Origin: Candidatus Marinacidobacterales bacterium
GTDB lineage: Bacteria; Acidobacteriota; Vicinamibacteria; Marinacidobacterales; DATDRI01
Reading direction: 5' to 3'
Assembly (NCBI GenBank): GCA_965219415.1
Contig: CBDCNP010000002.1
Span: 1,088,001-1,152,000, forward strand
DNA length: 64,000 nt
The translations under genes and the position numbers were made by a program. How positions within the stretch are numbered: the stretch's first letter is position 1; every line of letters begins with the position of its first letter. Of this stretch, positions 38,455 through 48,488 are shown one piece after another. Under the pieces are notes generated by a model, which was given only the letters and a program-made list of their open reading frames with translations, did not search any database and had not been told where the DNA came from.

Positions 38455-39816
38455 TTAGTGGATCAGATGAATTCTCTCATTTGGCGGTTGAATCCATTCA
38501 ACACCACGGCTGGTGACCGCCTGAACATTGGAAATATTGATGGAGACTGGAAAACCGGGTCTTTCCGGAAGGTTGGTATGGACCATATATTCGAAAGCTA
38601 GAATGTGATTCTCCTGAATCACCAGGTGGTCCCGGTCCCGCCGAAATGGTGCCATAGAGGGCCCGACCGTCACCAGAGAGCCGCCATTATTGCCTTGAAC
38701 GTGAAGATCGACGGAAAACCCGGATTCGTCCGTATTCGCGAGCGCCTTTTGAATCATCGGATGGTCGACGGAGTGATCGTCGGTAAAAGGTGTGTAGATA
38801 TAGCCCGCCTCTTCCATCGACGTGATCATGGCGCTCAAACTCTCGCCGGCCGTGGCGCCGACTCGTACCGCCGGCCTCATGATCCATTGACCCTTTATCG
38901 CCTTATCAAAGGCTTGCTGTATGCTCTCGGGAGCACTCGACTCTCCTTCTCTCAAAATGTAAGCGTGGTACTTCGTATCCACGCCAAAAGAAGAAAACCC
39001 GAAGTCCATCCAGTTGGATCGGTCATTCACGTAGAAAAAATCGCCACGCTGCAATGTGTAGTGAGGGGACTCTATCTCGGAGAGCTCTGAAACAGCGGAA
39101 TAGTACATTTGACCACCAGGAAGATCTCCCAACGCCGTCACACCCGGCTTGACACTATTGATGGCTTTCAGCGCGTTCTGGCGAGCTATTTCTATGGTGT
39201 TGGCCTGTACCACGATCTCCCTAAGGATCCTTCTGGAACGGAAGTCGGTGATGAGATTCTCTGCGGAAACAATCCTCTTGGAGTATGTCGGCCCCAAGAT
39301 TTTCTGCAGCTTCACGTATTGGGAATAGGAAATCCCATCTGCAACGGCAAGCCAGTCTGAGTAGTTGACGGCGATCGTTTTCGGATCGCGTTCGGCAACG
39401 AATTCCTTGATTTCGTCGTAGACCGCGGGATATACTTTCCCGTAGTCATACCCGGCAACGGCGCGAGCAAGCTCGAGCGAGCCGCGTACGTCGATGTTTT
39501 CAACGCCACCACCACGGGTAAAGATGCCGCCAAACATCGCCCGCTCAATCCTGTCTCCCAGGTCAGTAAAGATTAAAAACCCGTCCACCCTTCCAAATTC
39601 ATATTCCAATGCATCCGGGTCACCGTGACGAGCGACATAAATCCACATGTCCACGTTATTGTCGCGCATGGCACCGGGCAGAACGAGGTCGAGCTTGTCG
39701 TTCCTTATCTGACGGAGAACCGTCCGGGCGTCCGGCCTATAGACATCTGGCTGTGCGGCGACCGAAGTGGCTGTGAGAAAAACAAAAATAAGACAGATTG
39801 TGGCTCTAAAGAGCAT
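38455..39816 (-). CDS. Secreted M24-like protein, paralog 2 (degenerate metal site)
   Basis: KLDLVLPGAMRDNNVDMWI N-terminus shared with the paralogs; NISNV replaces NIEGN. Confidence 0.8.
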   Translation of the reverse strand: MLFRATICLIFVFLTATSVAAQPDVYRPDARTVLRQIRNDKLDLVLPGAMRDNNVDMWIYVARHGDPDALEYEFGRVDGFLIFTDLGDRIERAMFGGIFTRGGGVENIDVRGSLELARAVAGYDYGKVYPAVYDEIKEFVAERDPKTIAVNYSDWLAVADGISYSQYVKLQKILGPTYSKRIVSAENLITDFRSRRILREIVVQANTIEIARQNALKAINSVKPGVTALGDLPGGQMYYSAVSELSEIESPHYTLQRGDFFYVNDRSNWMDFGFSSFGVDTKYHAYILREGESSAPESIQQAFDKAIKGQWIMRPAVRVGATAGESLSAMITSMEEAGYIYTPFTDDHSVDHPMIQKALANTDESGFSVDLHVQGNNGGSLVTVGPSMAPFRRDRDHLVIQENHILAFEYMVHTNLPERPGFPVSINISNVQAVTSRGVEWIQPPNERIHLIH

Positions 39817-39978
39817 GACTTCACCTCGTGGGCGATATTTTCACCCAAAGCAGTTCGCTGAGGGTGCCGCGATGTTACTGAGAGACTTACCAAAGAAGCA
39901 AGTGGTGGGTGCAAAGTGATTTCTTTTCTTTCGCGACCCACTCGTGCTAGGCTCATCGCCCGACGGGGAGGACAGTTG

Positions 39979-41310
39979 ATGATGAACCATAACCTCGTAG
40001 GAAGCCTTGTCTTCTTCTCACTGGTGACGGTAAACGCCGCTCAATCCCAGGACTACTCCATCGAGCCCGCGGGCGACGTCCACAACGTCCTGCCGCTCTG
40101 GGAACAGGCGAAGGTCATGGAGAGTCAGCTCCGCCAGCGCAAAGAGACCGTGCTTCCCGAAGTCATGAGAAGCGCCGGGGTGGACATGTGGCTCGTCTCG
40201 CGGGATCAGCGGCTGCTCTACCTCTCATTGGTGACCGCCGACGACGAAGGCCTGGTCTCGCATCGACCGGATGTACTCGTCTTCTACGATCGGGGCGATG
40301 ACCAGGATATCGAAGCCTTGGAAGAGGACCGCGACCGGCTTGAGAGTATCGTTCGTTCGCGCAATCCGAAGAGAATCGCAGTGAGCAACGAGGCGCGGCA
40401 GCGGTTGGCCTCGCTGGTAGGAGTTCCGTTCGGCAATCGAATGATCTCTTCCGCTGAGCTACGAGACGCGTTCCTCGAAATCCGAAGCAACGAAGAAATG
40501 AGCCTCTTCGAGTACGTCGCTCGTCTCGCCTATGAAATCATTGCCGAGGCTTTCTCGAATGAAACGATTATCCCGGACGTTACCACTACCGACCAGCTCA
40601 ACTGGTGGATTCGGCAAAGGTACCGAGCCCTCGGACTCTTGACCAGCGACCATCCCACGATCACCGTCCAGCGGAGCAGTCTGGAGAGGCCGAAGTACTC
40701 GGAGAGTGACGAGCATTTTCGGATCGACATACCTCCTCGCAATGGATACAACACCGTCATCCGGCGAGGAGACCTCATCTTCTGCGACACAGGCATCGAC
40801 TATCTCGGAGTGGGAACCGACACCCAGCAGGTCGCATACATTCTGAAACATGACGAGACAGAAGCCCCTCCCGGATTGCGGCAAGCCCTACGCAACACGA
40901 ACCGACTGGAGGAGCTCTTCGCCGCGGAGTTCGCAGAGGGCCGCCGGTCGAACGACGTGGTTCTCGCAGCGCTTCAAAAGGCCCGAGCCGACGGCTTGCG
41001 CGCCGAGATCTACAGTCATCCCTTGCCCCACTTCCTGATGCGCTATTCACTGAACGGAGGGTTCTACTCTGGAACCCGTCATTTCGTTGGGCCGGAGCTG
41101 GGCGGTGATGGGGATCGCGACCCAGAACCGGGCGGCGGCTCTCCCATCTTGAGGAATACGGTCTACGCCATGGAGCTCGATACCAAGACTTCGGTGCCGG
41201 AGTGGGGTGGACAAGATGTCCGCATCGTGCTCGAACATAACGTCGCCTTCACGCGAGGCGAGCTCGTTTTTCTGGGAGGCCGGGAGACGGAGTACTACCT
41301 GATTAAGTGA
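39979..41310 (+). CDS. Secreted M24 Xaa-Pro aminopeptidase-like protein, paralog 3
   Basis: CDTG, GTDTQQ, YSHP, AMELD and VLEHN ligands; GGAGG RBS. Confidence 0.82.
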   Translation: MMNHNLVGSLVFFSLVTVNAAQSQDYSIEPAGDVHNVLPLWEQAKVMESQLRQRKETVLPEVMRSAGVDMWLVSRDQRLLYLSLVTADDEGLVSHRPDVLVFYDRGDDQDIEALEEDRDRLESIVRSRNPKRIAVSNEARQRLASLVGVPFGNRMISSAELRDAFLEIRSNEEMSLFEYVARLAYEIIAEAFSNETIIPDVTTTDQLNWWIRQRYRALGLLTSDHPTITVQRSSLERPKYSESDEHFRIDIPPRNGYNTVIRRGDLIFCDTGIDYLGVGTDTQQVAYILKHDETEAPPGLRQALRNTNRLEELFAAEFAEGRRSNDVVLAALQKARADGLRAEIYSHPLPHFLMRYSLNGGFYSGTRHFVGPELGGDGDRDPEPGGGSPILRNTVYAMELDTKTSVPEWGGQDVRIVLEHNVAFTRGELVFLGGRETEYYLIK

Positions 41311-41323
41311 AAGGGAACGACGA

Positions 41324-42683
41324 ATGCAAAGACATTTGAAGATAGCTGCCACGATAGCGATTACAGGCTTGCTCAGCCTGCCTGTGTTTGGTGTGCAAGA
41401 GTCCGGTCTTCTGATCGAGAACGTGACCTTGATCGACGGTACCGAAAAAGCGCCACAGGCGAACGCATCCGTGTTGGTGCAAGGCGACCGCATCCTTCGC
41501 GTTCGGGATCGCACTATTCAAGCTCCCTCCGGAACCCAACGGATCGACGGCACCGGAAAGTCTTGATCCCCGGTCTGATGGATATGCACGTCCACATTCG
41601 AGGCATTCCGGATGGCAACCTCTATGTTGGATCGCAGCAAGGCGACTACGAACGTGTAGGGGTACAGGTCCTCCATTCGTACCTCTACTCAGGGGTGACC
41701 TCCCTCTTCGACTCCGGCAATAATCCGGACTTCATTATGGGTCTGCGCGATAAGGAGCGTTCGGGCGCCATCACGAGCCCCCGCATCTTCGCCACCGGCG
41801 GCATCGTCACCGCACCCGGTAGCCACGGCGGTTTCGAAGGAGCAACCCTGGTCGACGACTGGCCGGAGGCCATCGCCAAGCTGGATGAGCACATCGCACG
41901 CGAGCCCGACATGGTCAAGCTGACCTACGAAGAACGCGGATGGAGGAGCCGCCCTCAGTTCCCCTGCTCGACCTCGATCTGATGCAGCGCATCATCGAGT
42001 ACTACAACGACCACGGCATCCGTGCGACGGTGCGTACGTCCAACGAGAACAGGACGCGAGAAGCGATCTTCGCCGGCGTGGACGCTCTTTCTCACCCCAT
42101 CTCGATCCGGGGGCCTTTGACGGAAGAGTTCGCCCGACTCATGGGTGCCAAGAAGATCCCCACCGTCTCTACGTTGACGATCGGAGAAAACTACAGTCGC
42201 TTGGTGGATGACCCGGCGTTTCTCGATCAGCGGTTATACCAAGCTACTCTGGAACCGGCCGAGATCGAGCGCCTCAAGACGGAAGAAAGGCCAAAACAGG
42301 AGGCGCGCCCGTGGACTTGGTGGATGAAGATCATGACCCCCATCGCCCAAGAAAATCTCCGGATGGTGCACGAGCAAGGGGGCATCATCGTCGCGGGCAC
42401 CGACCAGTCGTTGGGTCCCGCTTTGCATCGCGAGATGGAGCTCCTCGTCGCAGCGGGGTTCTCTCCTGCCGATGTGATCCGTTGTGCCACACTCAACGCG
42501 GCCATCTTCCTCGGAAAATCGGACGACCTGGGCTCGGTCGAAGAAGGAAAGCTCGCCGACCTAGTTCTTCTCGATGCCGACCCGACGCAAGACATCGACA
42601 ACGCAAAGCGCATCTCCTTGGTCGTCAAAAATGGACAAGTGATCGACCTATCTAAGTTGGACCTACCCGTGAATCGGAGGTGA
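41324..42683 (+). pseudogene. Secreted amidohydrolase-family protein with two single-base frameshifts (about 41561 and 41962)
   Basis: IDGTGK|LIPGLMDMHVH, SGVT, AGTD and GKLADLVLL are spread over three consecutive frames. Confidence 0.82.
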
Positions 42684-42716
42684 AGCATGTCTCTATCGGA
42701 GGTGAAGCATGTCTCT
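42673..42716 (+). repeat. Exact 22-bp tandem duplication covering a stop codon, RBS and start codon
   Basis: atcggaggtgaagcatgtctct occurs twice in a row. Confidence 0.95.
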
Positions 42717-44034
42717 ACGAACCACCGTTCTTCTCTTGTCACTCGCTCTGATCGCGGCCGATTCCTTCGCCGGCGAAGCCAACGATGAATGGCAAATCAA
42801 CTGCATGATCCGCAAAGACAAGTTTCGATTTGTCCTCCCGCAGGCCATGCGAAGGAACAACATCGACATGTGGATCGTCATCGACAAGGGCCGCGGTACC
42901 GAGCCGCTGTTCCGGGATCTCGGGATCGCCACCAGTAACGGCAACGGCCTTTTCGTTTTCACCGACCGAGGCGACCGGATAGAAAAAACGCAAATGGGCG
43001 GCCACGACGATCTGGCAAAGAGGTGCGGCGCCTACGACATCATCGGCGGGCGGCGCGGCGACCTGAGGTCCTTTGTCGCGGAGCGAGATCCGGAGCGAAT
43101 CGGTGTGAATTTCACGACCGACGAGGAGCTCTTCCCTCCCGAAGGCCGCCACCTGAGCAATGGGATTTCGCATACCGACTACAAGAATCTCGAGGCAACG
43201 CTCGGCGATCCCTATGCGTCCCGCCTGGTGTCGGCGGAACGCCTGATCGCGGACTTCCGCGCCCAGCGGGTGGCCAGCGAAGTCATCGAATTCTCCAAGA
43301 TCGCCGATATCACGCGGAAACTCGAAGAACGCGCCTTGTCGAACGAGGTCATCACCCCGGGCAAGACCTCGCAGGCCGATCTCGTTTGGTGGCTGGAGGA
43401 GCAGCGAAAGGCCATGGGCCTGGAACGCGGTTGGCGCCCCTCCGTATATCTGAGCCCGCCCGACGGTGTCGAGATTGGGGACTCCAACCGGGTCATTCGG
43501 CGCGGCGACGTCATGCAGATCGACTATGGGATCGGCCGCAACAACTTCTTCACCGACGTCAAACGTTTTGCATATGTTTTAAGGGAGGGAGAAACCGAGG
43601 CCCCCGACTGGGTCAAGAAAGCCCTCGAAGAATCGGTCAAGGTGCGCAACATCATCCAGTCAAGCGTGGTGAGCGGGAAAACGGGACGCGTGCAAATCGA
43701 CAACCTGAAACGGCTGGTCAAGGCGGCTGGATACGTCTATACCGAGGAAGAGCGGGCCAGCGATGTCGAAGGCATCGAAGTCAATATCGGCATGCATGCT
43801 GCCGGCAACCTGGGGCACGACGTCGGTGCCGGCCTCTTCGAAATCTATCCGACACGAACGACCTATGAAGTCCGGCCCAACAGCATCATTTCGGTCGAGT
43901 TCATCGTGTTTACCCCCGCCGACGAATGGGGCGGCAAGAAAGTGCCGGTCAACATCGAAGAGAACGTGTTGATCACGGACCATGGAATCGAATGGCTGGT
44001 CCCCACGCAGAATGAAGTCTTGGTGATCCGATGA
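42709..44034 (+). CDS. Secreted M24-like protein, paralog 4
   Basis: QIDYG, FTDVK, GMHAAGNLGH, SVEF, NIEEN. Confidence 0.82.
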   Translation: MSLRTTVLLLSLALIAADSFAGEANDEWQINCMIRKDKFRFVLPQAMRRNNIDMWIVIDKGRGTEPLFRDLGIATSNGNGLFVFTDRGDRIEKTQMGGHDDLAKRCGAYDIIGGRRGDLRSFVAERDPERIGVNFTTDEELFPPEGRHLSNGISHTDYKNLEATLGDPYASRLVSAERLIADFRAQRVASEVIEFSKIADITRKLEERALSNEVITPGKTSQADLVWWLEEQRKAMGLERGWRPSVYLSPPDGVEIGDSNRVIRRGDVMQIDYGIGRNNFFTDVKRFAYVLREGETEAPDWVKKALEESVKVRNIIQSSVVSGKTGRVQIDNLKRLVKAAGYVYTEEERASDVEGIEVNIGMHAAGNLGHDVGAGLFEIYPTRTTYEVRPNSIISVEFIVFTPADEWGGKKVPVNIEENVLITDHGIEWLVPTQNEVLVIR

Positions 44035-45233
44035 AAGAAGCTACCGCCCTTTCACGATTGCTTTTTCTCGCGCTCGGCCTCTCCATGGTGAGCTGCGCGC
44101 CGACACCAAACCAGACCGCGCATCGGTACGATTCCTTCAATCTCGAGCGAGCCATCAAGAACTCGCAAGCCGTTATCGACGGAGTCCGGGCGGAGAACCC
44201 CACGCAAGGCGCCGACAACAAGGAGCAAGAACGAGAGTTCTTCGGCCATGGCATCGAATCTTTCCAAGAGCTCGTTGCCGACGCTCAGACCATGGTCGAG
44301 GCGGGCACTGCGTCTTCGGAAGACGTCCATCGCATGGTCGTGGAGTTGATCGCATGGCAGTACTTTTTTACACCTCACAATGTCTCTATTCCGCCCACAC
44401 CCCTGGTGGAGTCTGGCGACAAGATCATCGCGCCTCCCGAGGGAGTCCATCCTTTTTACAAGAGGTACATGAACGTCTACGTGGACGACTACCGTCACGG
44501 GTGCCCGATCATCACTTCTGGGGAAGTTCCCGACGCCGCTATCTACAAAGTCCGAGAGACGATGCTGAAGCTTATGAAGCGCCAGGATATCCGTGAGGCG
44601 CTCGCGGCCAACAACATTCGGGTTGCACTGCGTGGCGCCGACGAACGAAACAGCGACCATCCGGGCATCATCGGCCCCGGAGGCGCGGTCCCGGGTCAGC
44701 CCACGACCTATATAGAAGAAGAAGGCGTCTATTGGACGGACGAGAACGGGGTACCGCACGAGGCTTTCGCGCGCCTGAACCGGCACGTCGCGGTCGAGGA
44801 GTTCGGCCATTCGGTTCATGCCAGCGCCCTGCCCTTTATCGAGCCTGATCGGGACATCCTGGAAGAGATCAACGATGCGTTTCGCACCGCGGTGCGAAAC
44901 GGCTACTACGATCCAGATCCCGATAGTGGCAAGGACTTACTGACCGACCCCGATCGCGCCGAGGAGCTAGCGTTCCTACTAGCGGAAGAGTACAAGCCGG
45001 ATCCTGAGAGGATCGAGAGCTTGCCGCCTGGCATGAGGCCCTACGCCGGCCGGGACTTCCGTGCAGGAGAATACTTCGCAGTGGGTCTCGACTTGATGTA
45101 CGGCGTAAAGCACGAAAACCGCGAGTACAAGCTGGAAAGCGTCGAGGAGATGAAGGCGAAGGATCCCAAGCTCTACAAGCTACTCACCGATTTTTGGGAC
45201 GACGACGGCTGGTCGCCGTACGACGGGAAGTAG
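44031..45233 (+). CDS. Lipoprotein, zincin-like with EExxH variant motif
   Basis: Lipobox MVSC; VAVEEFGHSVH; downstream GEYFAVG and KDPKLY. Confidence 0.65.
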   Translation: MKEATALSRLLFLALGLSMVSCAPTPNQTAHRYDSFNLERAIKNSQAVIDGVRAENPTQGADNKEQEREFFGHGIESFQELVADAQTMVEAGTASSEDVHRMVVELIAWQYFFTPHNVSIPPTPLVESGDKIIAPPEGVHPFYKRYMNVYVDDYRHGCPIITSGEVPDAAIYKVRETMLKLMKRQDIREALAANNIRVALRGADERNSDHPGIIGPGGAVPGQPTTYIEEEGVYWTDENGVPHEAFARLNRHVAVEEFGHSVHASALPFIEPDRDILEEINDAFRTAVRNGYYDPDPDSGKDLLTDPDRAEELAFLLAEEYKPDPERIESLPPGMRPYAGRDFRAGEYFAVGLDLMYGVKHENREYKLESVEEMKAKDPKLYKLLTDFWDDDGWSPYDGK

Positions 45234-45264
45234 CTGAACCTAGAGATCTACACCATGGATCTCG

Positions 45265-46728
45265 ATGGCTGAATCCACAACGATTCTCGCCGGCGCGGTC
45301 TTCTATGTCATCATCCTCATGGCGGTGGGCTTCTACGCCAGCCGAAACGTTAGAGACAGCACTGATTTCATTGTTGCCGGGCGTAGGCTCCCCCTCTGGC
45401 TGTGCGTCTTTACCGTCTTCGCTACCTGGTTCGGTTCGGGCACTCTGATCGGCGCCGCGGGAGCGGCCTACAGCAACGGTATCCCGGGCGTGCTATCCAA
45501 TCCCGTCGGCTCGGCCATTTGCTTGTTCCTGGCGGGTCTCTTCTACGTGCGCATTCTCCGCCGCATGCGTTTGCTCACTTTGCCGGACTTGTTTCGGCAG
45601 CGTTTCGGCAAATGTGCGGAGATCTTGTCCGCGGTCTGTATCATTCCCGCGTATGTCGGATGGGTGGCCTCCATATTCGTCGCCTTCGGATACGTGCTTC
45701 ACACCATCGCCGGTGTCGACACCACCACCGCCATTGTGGTCAGCGCCGCGGTTACCTTGATCTACACGTTCGCCGGCGGGATGTGGGCGGTCTCGCTCAC
45801 CGACTTCGTGCAGGCGCTGATTATCATCGTCGGCTTAGTCGTCTTGTATCCCCTCGTCTTGGGCGACGTCGGCGGCTTGAGCGGCTTGGTGGCACGAGCA
45901 CCGCCAGGGCATTTCTCGCTTCTTCCCGAGAATCACCTCAAGGACTGGCTGTGGTTCATACAGGCCTTGCTGGTGATCGGCCTGGGCAATATCGCGTCCC
46001 AAGATCTGCTCCAGCGGGCGTTCGCTGCGCGCGATGAAAAAGTTGCGCAATGGAGCATGTACATCACGACCTTTCTCTACATAACCATCGCGATGATTCC
46101 GGTTCTGCTCGGCATCGCCGGCCGCGTGATCATGCCCGACATCGGGGATCCGGAGTTCATTCTCCCATCGCTAGGCATGAAGTACCTACCTCCGGTGGCG
46201 ATGGCGGTCTTTGTCGGAGCCCTCTTCTCGGCGCTGATGAGCTCGGCGGACGGAGGCGTGCTCGCACCGGCTAGCATTTTCGGCCAGAACATCCTGAGGG
46301 CTTTCAAACGCGACATGTCGGAGCGAGAGCTTCTGTGGTCGATACGCTGGGCCATCCTCGGTGTAGGGTTGTTCTCGTTGATAACCGCGCTCTACTTCCA
46401 AAACGTCTATACATTGATGGTCAAATCTTTCTCTATTCTGTTCGTTGGATTGATCATTCCGATGACCGCCGCTCTCTACTGGCCAAGAGCGAACAATCCA
46501 GGTGCAGTCGCTAGCATACTTGTCGGCATGGGGAGTTGGCTGACTTTGGAAGTGGCTCGGATCGAGTATCCCGCGGATCTGATCGCGGCGGGCTTAGGGC
46601 TGGCAGCGCTGGTGCTGGTCACCCTGGCGACAGAGCAGAGGGTTCCGGCCCTGCCTCTCACCGATGTCGATGGTCATCCACTCGAGTATCGAGAGCGTTT
46701 GGGGAGGTTCGGATTTCCCCGTTCATGA
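45265..46728 (+). CDS. Sodium:solute symporter (choline/proline/amine-type SSS)
   Basis: DFIVAGRRL, ATWFG, QDLLQR, SALMSSADG; many TM helices. Confidence 0.88.
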   Translation: MAESTTILAGAVFYVIILMAVGFYASRNVRDSTDFIVAGRRLPLWLCVFTVFATWFGSGTLIGAAGAAYSNGIPGVLSNPVGSAICLFLAGLFYVRILRRMRLLTLPDLFRQRFGKCAEILSAVCIIPAYVGWVASIFVAFGYVLHTIAGVDTTTAIVVSAAVTLIYTFAGGMWAVSLTDFVQALIIIVGLVVLYPLVLGDVGGLSGLVARAPPGHFSLLPENHLKDWLWFIQALLVIGLGNIASQDLLQRAFAARDEKVAQWSMYITTFLYITIAMIPVLLGIAGRVIMPDIGDPEFILPSLGMKYLPPVAMAVFVGALFSALMSSADGGVLAPASIFGQNILRAFKRDMSERELLWSIRWAILGVGLFSLITALYFQNVYTLMVKSFSILFVGLIIPMTAALYWPRANNPGAVASILVGMGSWLTLEVARIEYPADLIAAGLGLAALVLVTLATEQRVPALPLTDVDGHPLEYRERLGRFGFPRS

Positions 46729-48488
46729 GAAAGGATCGAAGACCAATGAGACCGAATAGGAAATCCGGGACTTTTGTGCTTCTCCTACTTGCCGGTGCGG
46801 TCTTTGGAGCAGAGAGCGACACGGAACTAGATGCCTTGATTACCCGGTTCTATCGGCCCGGGGAGCAAGAGAAGGCGCCGTTTCAAGGAATGGGTCGAGC
46901 CACTTACCTGGCACGTATTCAAAGGGCGAAAGATTTCTTGCGGGAATTGCACGAGCGGATCGACTACGACCAACTCGATATCGCCGACCAAGTGGACTAT
47001 GACTATTTCCGGGCCCAGCTGGACAACAGCATTCTAATGATGGAAGTACTGCGGCGGTGGGAAAGGGATCCATCGATGTACTTTCCATTCGACGCATTTT
47101 TCGAACCCCTTTTGGATGAAGGGAGCCCGTGGGAAGAACGCTTCGAGCAAATGGTCCAAGGCATGGAAGAGAGTGTCGTGCGATTCCAATGGGGAAAGGA
47201 GAACCTGAAAGATCCGCCACTGGTTTGGACGGAGCAGGCGATTCGCCATTGCGACGGAATCATGCGCTACTTCCGGCAGTCCGTACCCAAGTTGCTCGAG
47301 CGGTCACCCTCGGCCTCCCTGAAGGAACGGCTTTCGGCCGCGTCCGAGAACTACCAGAAGCGTCTGGTCGATTACAAGCATTTCCTCGAGACCGACTTGA
47401 AACCGCGATCCACGGGCACCTTTGCCATCCGGGAAGAGAACTATGACCGCATGCTCGAGGACTATTTTCTGGACTATACCGTCGACGAACTGATCGATTG
47501 GGGGAAACGACTCTACGACGAAAACGTAGCTCTCATGGAACGCGTGGCCGCACAAATCGATCCCGACAAGACCTGGCAGGAGTTGCTGCAGGAAAACATG
47601 ATGGACCATCCGGCGCCGTGGGAGCTGTACACCACACTCGCCCGTGAGGCAGACCGGGCGAGAGAGATCGTCTACACCAAGCTAGTGAATGTACCGGAGG
47701 GGATGACCGAGCAGTACCGATACGTGGAAGCCGGGCACTGGGCGACGCTGCCAAGGGGCGCTTCTGGCATTGGGCCGTTCGTCTTCACGGGAGACGCGCA
47801 CGTCGGCTACTATGCGCTCCCTTCCATCGACTTCTACGACTCGTTCGAGAGAAAAAACGAGTTGATGCTCGATTTGAGTCGCGCCTGGTTCATCGCTCAG
47901 CAGATCCCCCACGAAGTGTATCCCGGCCACCATTTCCAGGTGTTCATGGCCTCGCAGAACGAGCGCCCGGCCCGGCGACTGGTGGGAGCCAGTCCCTTCA
48001 CTGACGTCGGCGCTTCGTTTAGCGAGGGGTTCGCGGTTTATTCCGAAGAAGTGATGTACGATCTGGGTTATCTACAGAACGACCCCCGACTGTATCTTGC
48101 GCATCTTGCCCATCGCCATTGGCGCATTGCCCGCGTCAGCATCGATCCGTTGGTCCATGCGCGGGGAATGAGCTATGAAGAAGCCCACAAATTCTTCATG
48201 GATGCCGGCCTAACGGAAGGACAGGCTCATGTGGAAACGACCCAAATCACACGGATGCCGGTCCACGACGTAGCCTATTACGTCGGAAAGCTAGAGGTGA
48301 TGGATCTTCTCAGGGAGTACCGAGAATTAGCCGGAGACGATTTCGATTACAAGAGATTTCATACCGGGCTGATGCTACTCGGGGGAACTCCGGTGAAACT
48401 TGCAAGGAAGGAAATGCTGGCCAAATTCGTAGAAAAAACTAGCCGCGGTAGTCGATCACCACTCAGAACCCGAAGTGATCATCGATAG
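46725..48488 (+). CDS. DUF885-family protein (putative secreted metallopeptidase)
   Basis: HEVYPGHHFQ, FSEGFAVYSE, YYVGK, FH..L..G; alternative start at 46746. Confidence 0.85.
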   Translation: MRKDRRPMRPNRKSGTFVLLLLAGAVFGAESDTELDALITRFYRPGEQEKAPFQGMGRATYLARIQRAKDFLRELHERIDYDQLDIADQVDYDYFRAQLDNSILMMEVLRRWERDPSMYFPFDAFFEPLLDEGSPWEERFEQMVQGMEESVVRFQWGKENLKDPPLVWTEQAIRHCDGIMRYFRQSVPKLLERSPSASLKERLSAASENYQKRLVDYKHFLETDLKPRSTGTFAIREENYDRMLEDYFLDYTVDELIDWGKRLYDENVALMERVAAQIDPDKTWQELLQENMMDHPAPWELYTTLAREADRAREIVYTKLVNVPEGMTEQYRYVEAGHWATLPRGASGIGPFVFTGDAHVGYYALPSIDFYDSFERKNELMLDLSRAWFIAQQIPHEVYPGHHFQVFMASQNERPARRLVGASPFTDVGASFSEGFAVYSEEVMYDLGYLQNDPRLYLAHLAHRHWRIARVSIDPLVHARGMSYEEAHKFFMDAGLTEGQAHVETTQITRMPVHDVAYYVGKLEVMDLLREYRELAGDDFDYKRFHTGLMLLGGTPVKLARKEMLAKFVEKTSRGSRSPLRTRSDHR

